Below the pieces are notes generated by a model. The model was not told the DNA's origin. It ran no database searches and worked only from the letters and a program-made list of their open reading frames with translations. A stretch of DNA of 64,000 nt from the IMG/VR virus record IMGVR_UViG_2706796059_000001, one strand, 5' to 3'. How positions within the stretch are numbered: the first letter of the stretch is position 1; each line of letters opens with the position of its first letter. The stretch comes from a virus. Taxonomy: Duplodnaviria; Heunggongvirae; Uroviricota; Caudoviricetes; Straboviridae. A program made the translations under genes and the position numbers. Below are positions 8,682 to 16,884 of the stretch, piece after piece.

Positions 8682-9329
8682 TTATTTTGTCCAAACTACC
8701 GAAGCACCTGAACCAGATTTCTTGTAACCGTACTTTGAAAGGTCTGGAATACGTTGAAAGCTGTCTTTCGCTGTAACTACACCGCGAGTAGCAATTTCTT
8801 TAGCCACGTCTCTTGTTGCATTACCTGCTTCAATCTGCATAGACAGATCTGGATATTCTTGAGCAATGAATTGCATCATGATATCGTTTTTGCTTTTACC
8901 ACTGATCACGTTCAACACAGTTTGAGTAATGTCAGTACCGCGAGTGATATGGAAAACTTTACCACGAGCACGAGACTCAACATCACGAATAATCTCTGCT
9001 TCGACTTCTTCAGGTACAACGTTCAGTACGTAAGAAGTAAACGCCGTATCGAATGATTCCCCATTTGGGATAGTCAGACTGACATCAGTCCAACCATCAG
9101 AAGATGTACCATTGAATTTGTCATATGCATACGTTTTGATGCCTTCAGAGCGTAAAAATTCAGCGTTACGACCGTATTTACCAGCACCATAGTCAAGAGC
9201 AGTACCACCCGGTGTAAACATACCTTTTTTGTATAGTTTAACTAGTGCTGCTACTTCTTTACCACGTATCGACGTTGCTGCGGAACTGTACTTTTGTACT
9301 TCAGTTAAAAATTCACCAAATTGCTTCAT
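8682..9329 (-). CDS. Class I SAM-dependent methyltransferase with capsid-targeting-like N-terminus (start revised to MKQFGEFLTE)
   Basis: LDYGAG motif I, YAYD, FDTAFTSYVLNVV; AGGTG SD before 9329. Confidence 0.8.
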   Translation of the reverse strand: MKQFGEFLTEVQKYSSAATSIRGKEVAALVKLYKKGMFTPGGTALDYGAGKYGRNAEFLRSEGIKTYAYDKFNGTSSDGWTDVSLTIPNGESFDTAFTSYVLNVVPEEVEAEIIRDVESRARGKVFHITRGTDITQTVLNVISGKSKNDIMMQFIAQEYPDLSMQIEAGNATRDVAKEIATRGVVTAKDSFQRIPDLSKYGYKKSGSGASVVWTK

Positions 9330-9336
9330 TGCACAC

Positions 9337-10782
9337 CTACTTAATATCAATATCAATCAGATAGTTCGTTGCGTTAACGCTGAACTCAATCAAAGTACCG
9401 TCAACCGAAACGTCAACGCCGTTTTCAACGATGTTTTCCATCATCGAGTAAAGTGTTTCTTGATCAAGCATCGCTTCAGAGAAAGATTGACCAACCTTGA
9501 ATGAACTGAACTGATCATTTGCAAGAGCACGAATCAGTGAATCAACATCATCAACCATTTCAGTCACTGGACGTAGACTAGACATGATATTCGGGTGGAA
9601 TACACGATTCGACTCAGCCATTGTTGAAAATGCAGTCACTGTTTGACGCTCAGGGGTAACACAACCATCGAACGATAGCATAGCTTCAGCAAATGCTTTA
9701 CAGTCAAAACGTTTCACGCCTTTACGTTCCATCATCGCAATCATATCAAGAAGCGGGTAACCTGCTTCAGATAATTCAACGCGATATTCTTCACACACAC
9801 GACCTGCACGCATAGCATGTTCCGCGTTTGTTAGAACAATACTTGTGTTGTTGTGTTTCAGCTTCCAACCGTTGTCAAAATACGCTTCTTTCACATCAAC
9901 AAGATTTTGCCATGCAGTCGATGTCAGTGGCGCAGTCGCGATTTCTTTCGTGAAAACGTTCTGAGCATGTTCAATCATGGTGATGTTCTGTTTCAGATCG
10001 TATGCTTTGAAGCCTTCTAGCATCGGCAAGCCAGTATCGTCTTTACGTTCACGAGCGTATGATACGTCTTTCGCTTCTTTTACAATGAACAAGTCCATGA
10101 TTTTACGGTTCAGTGCAGCCAATGTCAGTGCATTTTTACCAGACTTGATTTTCATCTCAGTGATGTCAGACAGTTCAGCTTTTGAGTCAACCGATTCAAC
10201 AGTCACATAAACGTCACCAAGCTCGATGTTTTCAGCCATTGACAGTACTTCGGAGGCTGAATTGTCGTCGATTGATAGCGATTCAATTACAAGCTTATCA
10301 GAATCAGCAAGATTAATTTTCATTTCACGCATAGGGAAAACAACGTGAATGTCATTTTTCTTATAACCAAGCTTAGTCGCTTCAGCAACAACTTGATCTA
10401 AGTAACCGCCTTTAATCACGATGCTAGGAAGACGCGCTTCAGTACACATGATCATAGACTTAACTTGCTGTAGCTCATGTGCTGGCAATGATAAGAATTC
10501 GTTTTCCATAAGCAAGTTGATTGTGCTTACGTTCTCGCTCAGATTGATATCGAAGTTTTTCTCATCGACGTTTTTATCTTCAGCAAGTTTAGTACTCATG
10601 ATAGATTTAAGCTCATTTGCCTTTTCCATCATGCCGATAGTTGTTTCAACGCCTTTGCCTTTGCTGAACTCAGTAGATGCAGTGCCTAGCTCAACAATAA
10701 CTTGACCAAACTTAGGGTAGATTTTACCACCCTGAGTTTGACGGCGATTTTCACTCAGAAATGAGTCAAAGTTACCTAACAT
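9337..10782 (-). CDS. Hypothetical 481 aa protein, probable internal head protein
   Basis: N-terminus MLGNFDSFLSE; acidic; downstream of late promoter. Confidence 0.65.
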   Translation of the reverse strand: MLGNFDSFLSENRRQTQGGKIYPKFGQVIVELGTASTEFSKGKGVETTIGMMEKANELKSIMSTKLAEDKNVDEKNFDINLSENVSTINLLMENEFLSLPAHELQQVKSMIMCTEARLPSIVIKGGYLDQVVAEATKLGYKKNDIHVVFPMREMKINLADSDKLVIESLSIDDNSASEVLSMAENIELGDVYVTVESVDSKAELSDITEMKIKSGKNALTLAALNRKIMDLFIVKEAKDVSYARERKDDTGLPMLEGFKAYDLKQNITMIEHAQNVFTKEIATAPLTSTAWQNLVDVKEAYFDNGWKLKHNNTSIVLTNAEHAMRAGRVCEEYRVELSEAGYPLLDMIAMMERKGVKRFDCKAFAEAMLSFDGCVTPERQTVTAFSTMAESNRVFHPNIMSSLRPVTEMVDDVDSLIRALANDQFSSFKVGQSFSEAMLDQETLYSMMENIVENGVDVSVDGTLIEFSVNATNYLIDIDIK

Positions 10783-10791
10783 GTTAATTCC

Positions 10792-11304
10792 TTAATCGTA
10801 AAATTTCTGTAAGTTAAGTGGTTCTTTCTGTTCATCTGGTTGAGCTTTAGCAGTCTTGCCAGATTCGTAAGAATTGACACGTTCTAACATCTGTTGAAGA
10901 AAATCGAAATCAGTTTCTTCACCATCAATCGAGTAGTTAGACGAATCACATAAGAATACTTTATATTTAATCGCTGTATCTTTTCTTTCTTTCTTAATAC
11001 GTTGTACAAACGCATTGAAGCAAATACGAGTGATATAAGCGTGTGGGTTGTTATACTTGTCAGTGTCGAAGTTCTTGATATAGCGCAAGCAATGTTCGAT
11101 TGCGTCACCAATCATCTCTTCTTTCCAGGTTGCAGTATACCCACTAAAATTGTAACGGCGAGATAAATTCTCGCTGATCTTCATGATACTGATTGCTACC
11201 ACGTCAGGGACGGGAATTGCAGCATCAGGGTGTTTCTTCATTTCGCTTTTCCATTCGCATAAAGATGCGTACAGGGCTTTATTATCTACATAATGATTTT
11301 TCAT
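10792..11304 (-). CDS. 55: Late transcription sigma factor gp55
   Basis: NHYVDNKALY, WKEEMIGDAIE, NPHAYITRICFNAFVQRIKKE. Confidence 0.96.
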   Translation of the reverse strand: MKNHYVDNKALYASLCEWKSEMKKHPDAAIPVPDVVAISIMKISENLSRRYNFSGYTATWKEEMIGDAIEHCLRYIKNFDTDKYNNPHAYITRICFNAFVQRIKKERKDTAIKYKVFLCDSSNYSIDGEETDFDFLQQMLERVNSYESGKTAKAQPDEQKEPLNLQKFYD

Positions 11305-11312
11305 GTCACACC

Positions 11313-12212
11313 TTATACCGTTACTGCGTGAGTGTATGACAGCTTAGAACTGTTCGCAAGAACACCAAGATTATCCCAATCGATTTCAACTGCACCCGTT
11401 TGATTATCTTCTAATGGTGCAACGGTCAATGCGTATCGAGCAATCACACCGTAAATTGGGTGGAATGATTTTGAGTCTTGTGTTTTATATTGATATGCAA
11501 TACCAGCGTCTGTTGCTTTGTCAAAGTTGTATGGGCTGAATACTAAACTTGAGATTTCATAATCACCAAGTTCTTTCTTAACACCAATTGTTACGTAGTC
11601 AGTCGTTGCATACTTGTCATGAACTAGATATAACCCAGAGTCACATTTATACATGCTAGTATCACCAATCTGTGTAGCCATACCAGTGCCCGTCAATAGA
11701 CCAAATGCTTCACCACCTGCTACGATATATGTACCTGTACAACCCGTTGACTTTTCAATCTCAGCAGCAGATGCATGGACGAACGAGTATAATTCTCGAC
11801 CTTTATCAAAACGGTTAGTAATAGCAGATAGCGTAATTGCACTACCAACAGTTGAAATACTGTTTAGTGCATCGATGATATTAGTGTTGATGTCATCTGC
11901 GATTTGATCAGCAATAGAATCTGTGATAATCGATTCATTGACACCAAGTGCTTGCATGTCTTGAATTGTTTCAAGTGAGATTTCAGTTTTTAGCTTTGAT
12001 GATTGAACTTGTGCATACCAGCGATCAAGTCTAAAACCATGTGGCAGCCACCCACTCGCGTCATCAGCTTCAGCTACAGATTTGAAACCGAACGCAGTCG
12101 CAACCGGTTGAGTTGTTGGCTGTTCTGAAACGATTTGCGTAAATATTAACGGGTATAGTCGTTTTTGAACAGAAACAATGTCTGGTAAACCGTTACTATT
12201 AGATACAGTCAT
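11313..12212 (-). CDS. 24: Capsid vertex protein gp24-like (gp23 paralogue, 299 aa)
   Basis: IVSEQPTTQPVA, SSKLKTEISLETIQDM, IADDINTNII, YGVIARYAL match the gp23/24 fold; late promoter upstream. Confidence 0.75.
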   Translation of the reverse strand: MTVSNSNGLPDIVSVQKRLYPLIFTQIVSEQPTTQPVATAFGFKSVAEADDASGWLPHGFRLDRWYAQVQSSKLKTEISLETIQDMQALGVNESIITDSIADQIADDINTNIIDALNSISTVGSAITLSAITNRFDKGRELYSFVHASAAEIEKSTGCTGTYIVAGGEAFGLLTGTGMATQIGDTSMYKCDSGLYLVHDKYATTDYVTIGVKKELGDYEISSLVFSPYNFDKATDAGIAYQYKTQDSKSFHPIYGVIARYALTVAPLEDNQTGAVEIDWDNLGVLANSSKLSYTHAVTV

Positions 12213-12267
12213 TGTATGATTCCTTTAATTTATTGCCGCATTTCAGCGGAGAGAATGTTATTTTCTT

Positions 12268-12507
12268 TTATTTATATGTCTGGTTATCAACCCATTGCTT
12301 GAGTTCTGGAAGATGACCTATGTATGTATCACCATGCATAGCAAGAGGCACGCGAATGTTGCGCACCCCACCAAGTTTCTCATGCAATTTATCGATATCA
12401 GATTGAGACTGTAACTCTATTACAGTGTACGGGACGTTTTTGAACTTACAGAGGGAAATTGCGTGACGACAGCCGTCACAGTTGGGAATTGTGTATATCG
12501 TTATCAT
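12268..12507 (-). CDS. Glutaredoxin/thioredoxin-like protein
   Basis: IYTIPNCDGC, VP, YIG motifs. Confidence 0.85.
   Translation of the reverse strand: MITIYTIPNCDGCRHAISLCKFKNVPYTVIELQSQSDIDKLHEKLGGVRNIRVPLAMHGDTYIGHLPELKQWVDNQTYK
12269..12276 (-). promoter_or_regulatory. T4 late promoter TATAAATA (overlaps glutaredoxin stop)
   Basis: Exact consensus upstream of 24-like, 55, 481 aa gene and methyltransferase. Confidence 0.75.
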
Positions 12508-12525
12508 TTCTTCACCTCGACCTAT

Positions 12526-12555
12526 ATTATACGTCTGCCAAGGTGGTTATTAAAC
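12526..12555 (-). promoter_or_regulatory. GTTTA-class promoter
   Basis: GTTTAA-N18-TATAAT. Confidence 0.65.
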
Positions 12556-12563
12556 AAATCTTA

Positions 12564-12624
12564 CTAATACTTCTAATATTACTAAAAGCACTAATACTAC
12601 TAAGATGAGACGGAATTTTTCCGC
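12564..12624 (-). repeat. Copy A of dyad plus 9-bp direct-repeat element
   Basis: CTAA at 12564, 12573, 12582, 12591, 12600 (9-bp period) next to CGGAA-N3-TTCCG dyad; near-identical inverted copy at 55332-55392. Confidence 0.9.
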
Positions 12625-12631
12625 TCAAACC

Positions 12632-12656
12632 AAAAAAAAAAGCCCCTTTCGGGGCT
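12632..12656 (-). terminator. Rho-independent terminator after SprT-like gene
   Basis: agcccc-gaaa-ggggct followed by long T-run (minus). Confidence 0.85.
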
Positions 12657-12674
12657 ATAAAGAGAACAACAATG

Positions 12675-13502
12675 TTATAAACCGTGAGATTTTTTGAAAG
12701 TGTCTAGACGCTTTTCGATTGTGTGAGCTTCTAGTTCAATAATGATGTACCAATCTTTGTATTTACCACGCTGTTCAAATGACACTGACTTACAACCTTT
12801 GTGAGTAGTATTCATTACGATTTCTGCGATTGCGTCACGAGCAGCTTGACCACGTGCGTTTACTTTCTTAGCAGGCTTAGGCGCTTCAGCTTTCTTTTCA
12901 GCTTTCGGTGCAGGTGCTGCTACAGGTTCAACTGCTTTAGTATTTTCAGCTTTCTTAGCTTCGTGATCTGCTTTGATAGCGTTGAATGTTGATGTTGCAA
13001 CGCAACGAAGTTGACCTTCAGTTTCAGCTTTACGACCTTTCACGTATAGAGACTTGATGTGTACTGGTTGAAAACGCTTAGTCAAACGATCTGTTTTCTG
13101 AACTACTTCAATTTCACCTTGAGCGTTTTCGAAGAAAACAACGTACTTGCTATCTACAGCATCAGGGTTAGATACAGTTGAGCAACGCTTTGCATCGCCA
13201 CCTAGTTGACGGTGTACACGCTTCCAGATAGCACCGTGACCACGTTCGTTGTAATCAGTGTAAGCAATCGCGTGAGCCATTTCGTGAGTGATTGTGATGA
13301 TTTGCTCTTCTTTAGTACGAGCGTTCAAGAATTTTTCAGAAAGACGTAGTGTTTTAGTACGGTAGTTACAATCACCTAGTGCAGCTTTACGTTTTGAAAA
13401 TTCGAATGACCAACCTTCTGCAATCAGATCGCGCTTCATCAAGTTGTTACCAGACATAAGGTCGATTGCGATAGCTTTCATTTCTGCTTTAGTGATTGTC
13501 AT
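12675..13502 (-). CDS. SprT-like zinc metalloprotease domain protein
   Basis: LGDC, ITHEMAHA (HExxH), HGAIWK; Ala/Lys/Pro linker. Confidence 0.85.
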   Translation of the reverse strand: MTITKAEMKAIAIDLMSGNNLMKRDLIAEGWSFEFSKRKAALGDCNYRTKTLRLSEKFLNARTKEEQIITITHEMAHAIAYTDYNERGHGAIWKRVHRQLGGDAKRCSTVSNPDAVDSKYVVFFENAQGEIEVVQKTDRLTKRFQPVHIKSLYVKGRKAETEGQLRCVATSTFNAIKADHEAKKAENTKAVEPVAAPAPKAEKKAEAPKPAKKVNARGQAARDAIAEIVMNTTHKGCKSVSFEQRGKYKDWYIIIELEAHTIEKRLDTFKKSHGL

Positions 13503-13546
13503 AATGTTCTCTCTTTAAGTAGTTCGTATCTCGTCTTGATGTGTTT

Positions 13547-13579
13547 ATTATCGGGGATTGACGTGTTATTGTCAATCCC
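13547..13579 (-). promoter_or_regulatory. Sigma70-type promoter inside a 9-bp inverted repeat
   Basis: TTGACA-N17-GATAAT; GGGATTGAC-N8-GTCAATCCC at 13554-13579. Confidence 0.65.
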
Positions 13580-13610
13580 TAAAACTACTTTTTTCGTGAA
13601 TTATTTCAAA

Positions 13611-14114
13611 TTATTCACTAATTGACTTCACTTTTTCGATAATTTCAACGATTTCTTTCGCTGAACGATTCGAAAATATGATTGTCGATTTTTTGCGTCG
13701 CTGTACTTCTTTATGCTTTGCTGGGTTTAGATGTCCAAGTTCGCGATCAAGTTCCTTATTTGATAATACACTAGAACGAATCATTACGCGATGACTATCA
13801 GGCAGTCCAGTAGTCACGTATACATTTAGACCGTGCTCTTCAGAGTCCATACCAGGCTGAGATTCTCGAATCTCCCAAAAATCTGAAGACTCGCTTTGTA
13901 GTTCTGCAAGTAGTTCTTCAGCAGTTGCTTTAGGCTGTGCTTCAGCGCGTACTTTACGTGCTTTCTTCGTCTTAGCAGCTTTCATTGCTTTCTGACGAAG
14001 GTCTGTTAAATAATGACGACGACCTTTCTCATCAACAGCTTGAAAACCGTTTGAGTCTACTGTCATGTTGAAGTAAGCAGCAAGTTGTTCGTTAGTCAGT
14101 GATTGTACATTCAT
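13611..14114 (-). CDS. Hypothetical early protein
   Basis: Own sigma70 promoter and GAGAG leader. Confidence 0.7.
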   Translation of the reverse strand: MNVQSLTNEQLAAYFNMTVDSNGFQAVDEKGRRHYLTDLRQKAMKAAKTKKARKVRAEAQPKATAEELLAELQSESSDFWEIRESQPGMDSEEHGLNVYVTTGLPDSHRVMIRSSVLSNKELDRELGHLNPAKHKEVQRRKKSTIIFSNRSAKEIVEIIEKVKSISE

Positions 14115-14153
14115 AATTATTCTCTCTGTTCGTTAATTCGTTTCGATGAAGCT

Positions 14154-14182
14154 ATATTAGGTCTATATTGTTTTTCGTGCAA
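14154..14182 (-). promoter_or_regulatory. Sigma70-type early promoter
   Basis: TTGCAC-N17-TAATAT. Confidence 0.6.
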
Positions 14183-14233
14183 CCTTTTTCTTACAAAAAG
14201 TTTAAAATAATTTCAACGGGTGTTATGAGCAAT

Positions 14234-14241
14234 CATAAATA
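14234..14241 (+). promoter_or_regulatory. Late promoter variant CATAAATA
   Basis: One mismatch to TATAAATA, about 30 nt before the alt-like start. Confidence 0.55.
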
Positions 14242-14272
14242 CACATATATTTCTAAAGGGTGAGTCTATAAA

Positions 14273-15901
14273 ATGATTGGATTTCAACAATTAAATGAAA
14301 ACATGAGCGCAACGTACGACTATTATCCGGCTCGCTCGACCAAAGAAAACAAATTCTTTGTGATCGACATGAAAGGCGAAGCCAGAGACATCGTTGTTTC
14401 GTTCACAACTAAAACAAAATCAGATATCGGAAATCGCGGTAAACGTGCGTGGTTCTGTACTGTATCAGCAATGCGCGGCAAAAAAGGCGGTGTTACTATT
14501 CGTGAAATGGGAGATGAACAAAAGCTTCAACAAACTATTGTTAAAGTGGTTCAAGATTTCATGATCAAACGTCGTGCGAATGTCGTTTCAATGCGTGTGC
14601 AGAAACTAGGTACGGGTAAGATGTTCGACTTGCGCGTTAAAACGTTGTTTAAAAAGCTACGTTACGGCTGTGATACAACTAAGATCATTGGCGTGGGTGG
14701 TGAAGAAATTTCGCAAGATTACAGCTTCTTTATTGTAACCAAACCAGGGTATAATGCCGATAAGCTATTCGAAGCATCTGAAGAAACAATTAACGATATT
14801 GCGTTAAAAATGTCACTCGAAACTGATATTTCAAGCAAGAAAACGATTATCGTAACTGCCGATGCTGCGTATGACGACTATGAAGATGACGTACTAGGTA
14901 AATGGGTAGAAGAAAACCCCGCTGCACGTGTTCCAAATGATGTTCTTCAAATGCCTCAATATGAAGCGCGTGTAAGTTCGTCTGTTCGTTCTCAATTGAA
15001 TGAAAGCAATGAACATGTTCTTGCTAATGCTGCGAAAGGTTTAATTGATATGAGTTTGAATCTTGAAACTGTGGCAGTTTCATTGAATTCATATATCGCC
15101 GAATCGAAGAAGCCTCAAAGCGTTCTGAATAGTATCATGGAATCTCGCTCACGTGCTCATGCAAGTCAGTATGAACGTCTTTCTTTGCAACTTATGCAGG
15201 AAGATTCATTTGCGGGTCTATCGTCACTTACACAAGCTGCTATTGCTAGATACTCCGCGACTCGTTTTTCATGGAAGGTGAATGAAGAGTTATTACACGG
15301 AACGGGTGTTGATAAAGAATCACAGATTGTCTCACGCATCGACCAAGCGTTTTCTGAAGCTGGTATGATTGCTGGTGGAATGACGTTATATCGTGGCTGT
15401 GAAATGTCAAGTAAACATGTGCGCTCTATTCTTGAATCTGGCTCGTTTGTTTCGACTGCGTTTATCTCAACGTCAATCGACCCTCTTGTTGCTTGTAAGT
15501 TCGTTGAATCAAGCTCTAAGAACATCATTGATTCAACTGCTAAGAATAGTAAATCAGATATGCGTTCTCTGCTTGAGTCAGATAAGAAAATGAATGTTGT
15601 ATTCATCATAGAAGCGAGCGGCTTGCCTGTTTTAGCTTCAGGTAAACACGGTATGAAAGACTCAAAAGAGATTATCATCAACCGTAATACGATGTTTGAA
15701 GCTGACGTTGTTCAAATGTCTGAATACGACGCTGTAATTCGATTGAAAATCAAAGAAGATACGAAGCAAGGTGTATTGTCTGCTTTCAAAAAGCAAGAGC
15801 GTTTACACGAGCTTTCAGAAGTAGCCAATTTCATGCGTTCTGTTGATGTAGATATCGATGCAGATAGACTAACAAAAGAGCGTAGTCCTCTAACACCATG
15901 A
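14273..15901 (+). CDS. alt: Alt-like ADP-ribosyltransferase (C-terminal VIP2-type domain)
   Basis: AIARYS...KVNEEL, TLYRG, FISTSID, terminal E in SKEIII; N-terminus MIGFQQLNE. Confidence 0.72.
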   Translation: MIGFQQLNENMSATYDYYPARSTKENKFFVIDMKGEARDIVVSFTTKTKSDIGNRGKRAWFCTVSAMRGKKGGVTIREMGDEQKLQQTIVKVVQDFMIKRRANVVSMRVQKLGTGKMFDLRVKTLFKKLRYGCDTTKIIGVGGEEISQDYSFFIVTKPGYNADKLFEASEETINDIALKMSLETDISSKKTIIVTADAAYDDYEDDVLGKWVEENPAARVPNDVLQMPQYEARVSSSVRSQLNESNEHVLANAAKGLIDMSLNLETVAVSLNSYIAESKKPQSVLNSIMESRSRAHASQYERLSLQLMQEDSFAGLSSLTQAAIARYSATRFSWKVNEELLHGTGVDKESQIVSRIDQAFSEAGMIAGGMTLYRGCEMSSKHVRSILESGSFVSTAFISTSIDPLVACKFVESSSKNIIDSTAKNSKSDMRSLLESDKKMNVVFIIEASGLPVLASGKHGMKDSKEIIINRNTMFEADVVQMSEYDAVIRLKIKEDTKQGVLSAFKKQERLHELSEVANFMRSVDVDIDADRLTKERSPLTP

Positions 15902-15905
15902 TCGA

Positions 15906-15931
15906 AAAAGGGAGCAATTTGCTCCCTTTTT
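15906..15931. terminator. Bidirectional terminator
   Basis: aaaagggagcaa-t-ttgctccctttt between convergent genes. Confidence 0.85.
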
Positions 15932-16818
15932 TATTCAACTCTAATAAGACTATGACCCCAAACTTCTTCAAAGTCGCTTACCTTTTCAACCATGTAAAGT
16001 GTGTTGTAGTCAAGAATCAGCATTTTACCATCTTCTAGAATCGCGCCCTTCTCTAGTAATTCAGCTTCTCCATCACCACCCCATGCAGGTTTAGCAATAA
16101 TAGTACCTAGCAGACTTTCCCATATTTCAACCGTGTCTAAATTATCAAATTTATTACCATTGATTGATGCTTTAATTTGAACTGTTTTATCATTAACTCG
16201 TTTGATTGTAGCGAACCCATTTGTCATACGAATCAATTCAAAATCACCAGGTCGTTCACACTCAAATAGCGTCGCCCATGTGAATGCGTTCACTCTAGGG
16301 AAATCAACATATGTGATCTCATCTTCGACTTTAATACCATCATTTGGTAGTCGTCTAATTTCATTAGATGGGTTGTTGTTTTTTAATACAAACATACGCC
16401 CGTGCGTTTGTAAAGTATAGTCCATCTGCTTTGCGTATCGTTCAGCCATGCGCTTGTAAAGATTATAGCGTTTCTTTGCATCTCTGTCGTCATGGTCTGC
16501 AAATGCGCTGAATGTAATGTAATCTGGGTTTTCTCGTTTAGCCTTGTCAAACGTAGCTGCAAGCACCGTACTCATTACCATCAATGAATCTTTCGCGTTG
16601 CTCGATTTCTTTAATTCATATGAATACTGACCATCTGGTCTTTTCCACATAAATGAAACGTCAATTATGCGTCCGCGTGCTTCATCTTTGCTAGTTATGA
16701 TTGCTTTATACATAGTCCCGCCGATTTCAAAAAACGCTTCGTCGTCGGTCAGCCAGTCATAATTCGCTGCTCTATCAAACGCTTCAAATAGCGCGTCATA
16801 TCCCTCGAATATAATCAT
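15931..16818 (-). CDS. Hypothetical late protein with EAFDR domain
   Basis: TATAAATA upstream; N-terminal domain paralogous to C-terminal half of 61231..62151. Confidence 0.75.
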   Translation of the reverse strand: MIIFEGYDALFEAFDRAANYDWLTDDEAFFEIGGTMYKAIITSKDEARGRIIDVSFMWKRPDGQYSYELKKSSNAKDSLMVMSTVLAATFDKAKRENPDYITFSAFADHDDRDAKKRYNLYKRMAERYAKQMDYTLQTHGRMFVLKNNNPSNEIRRLPNDGIKVEDEITYVDFPRVNAFTWATLFECERPGDFELIRMTNGFATIKRVNDKTVQIKASINGNKFDNLDTVEIWESLLGTIIAKPAWGGDGEAELLEKGAILEDGKMLILDYNTLYMVEKVSDFEEVWGHSLIRVE

Positions 16819-16841
16819 TTTATTGTCTCTCTAAATGAAAG

Positions 16842-16849
16842 TATTTATA
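16842..16849 (-). promoter_or_regulatory. T4 late promoter TATAAATA
   Basis: Exact consensus 24 nt upstream of 16818. Confidence 0.8.
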
Positions 16850-16859
16850 CGCACAAACG

Positions 16860-16884
16860 CAAAAAGGGGCATAAGCCCCCTTTA
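16860..16884 (-). terminator. Terminator after DNA ligase
   Basis: ggggc-ttat-gcccc plus T-run (minus). Confidence 0.75.

Noticed and set aside
12564-12624. Repeat array as a CRISPR or mini-array
   Set aside because: 9-bp period with no unique spacers and no cas genes; kept as an iteron-like element
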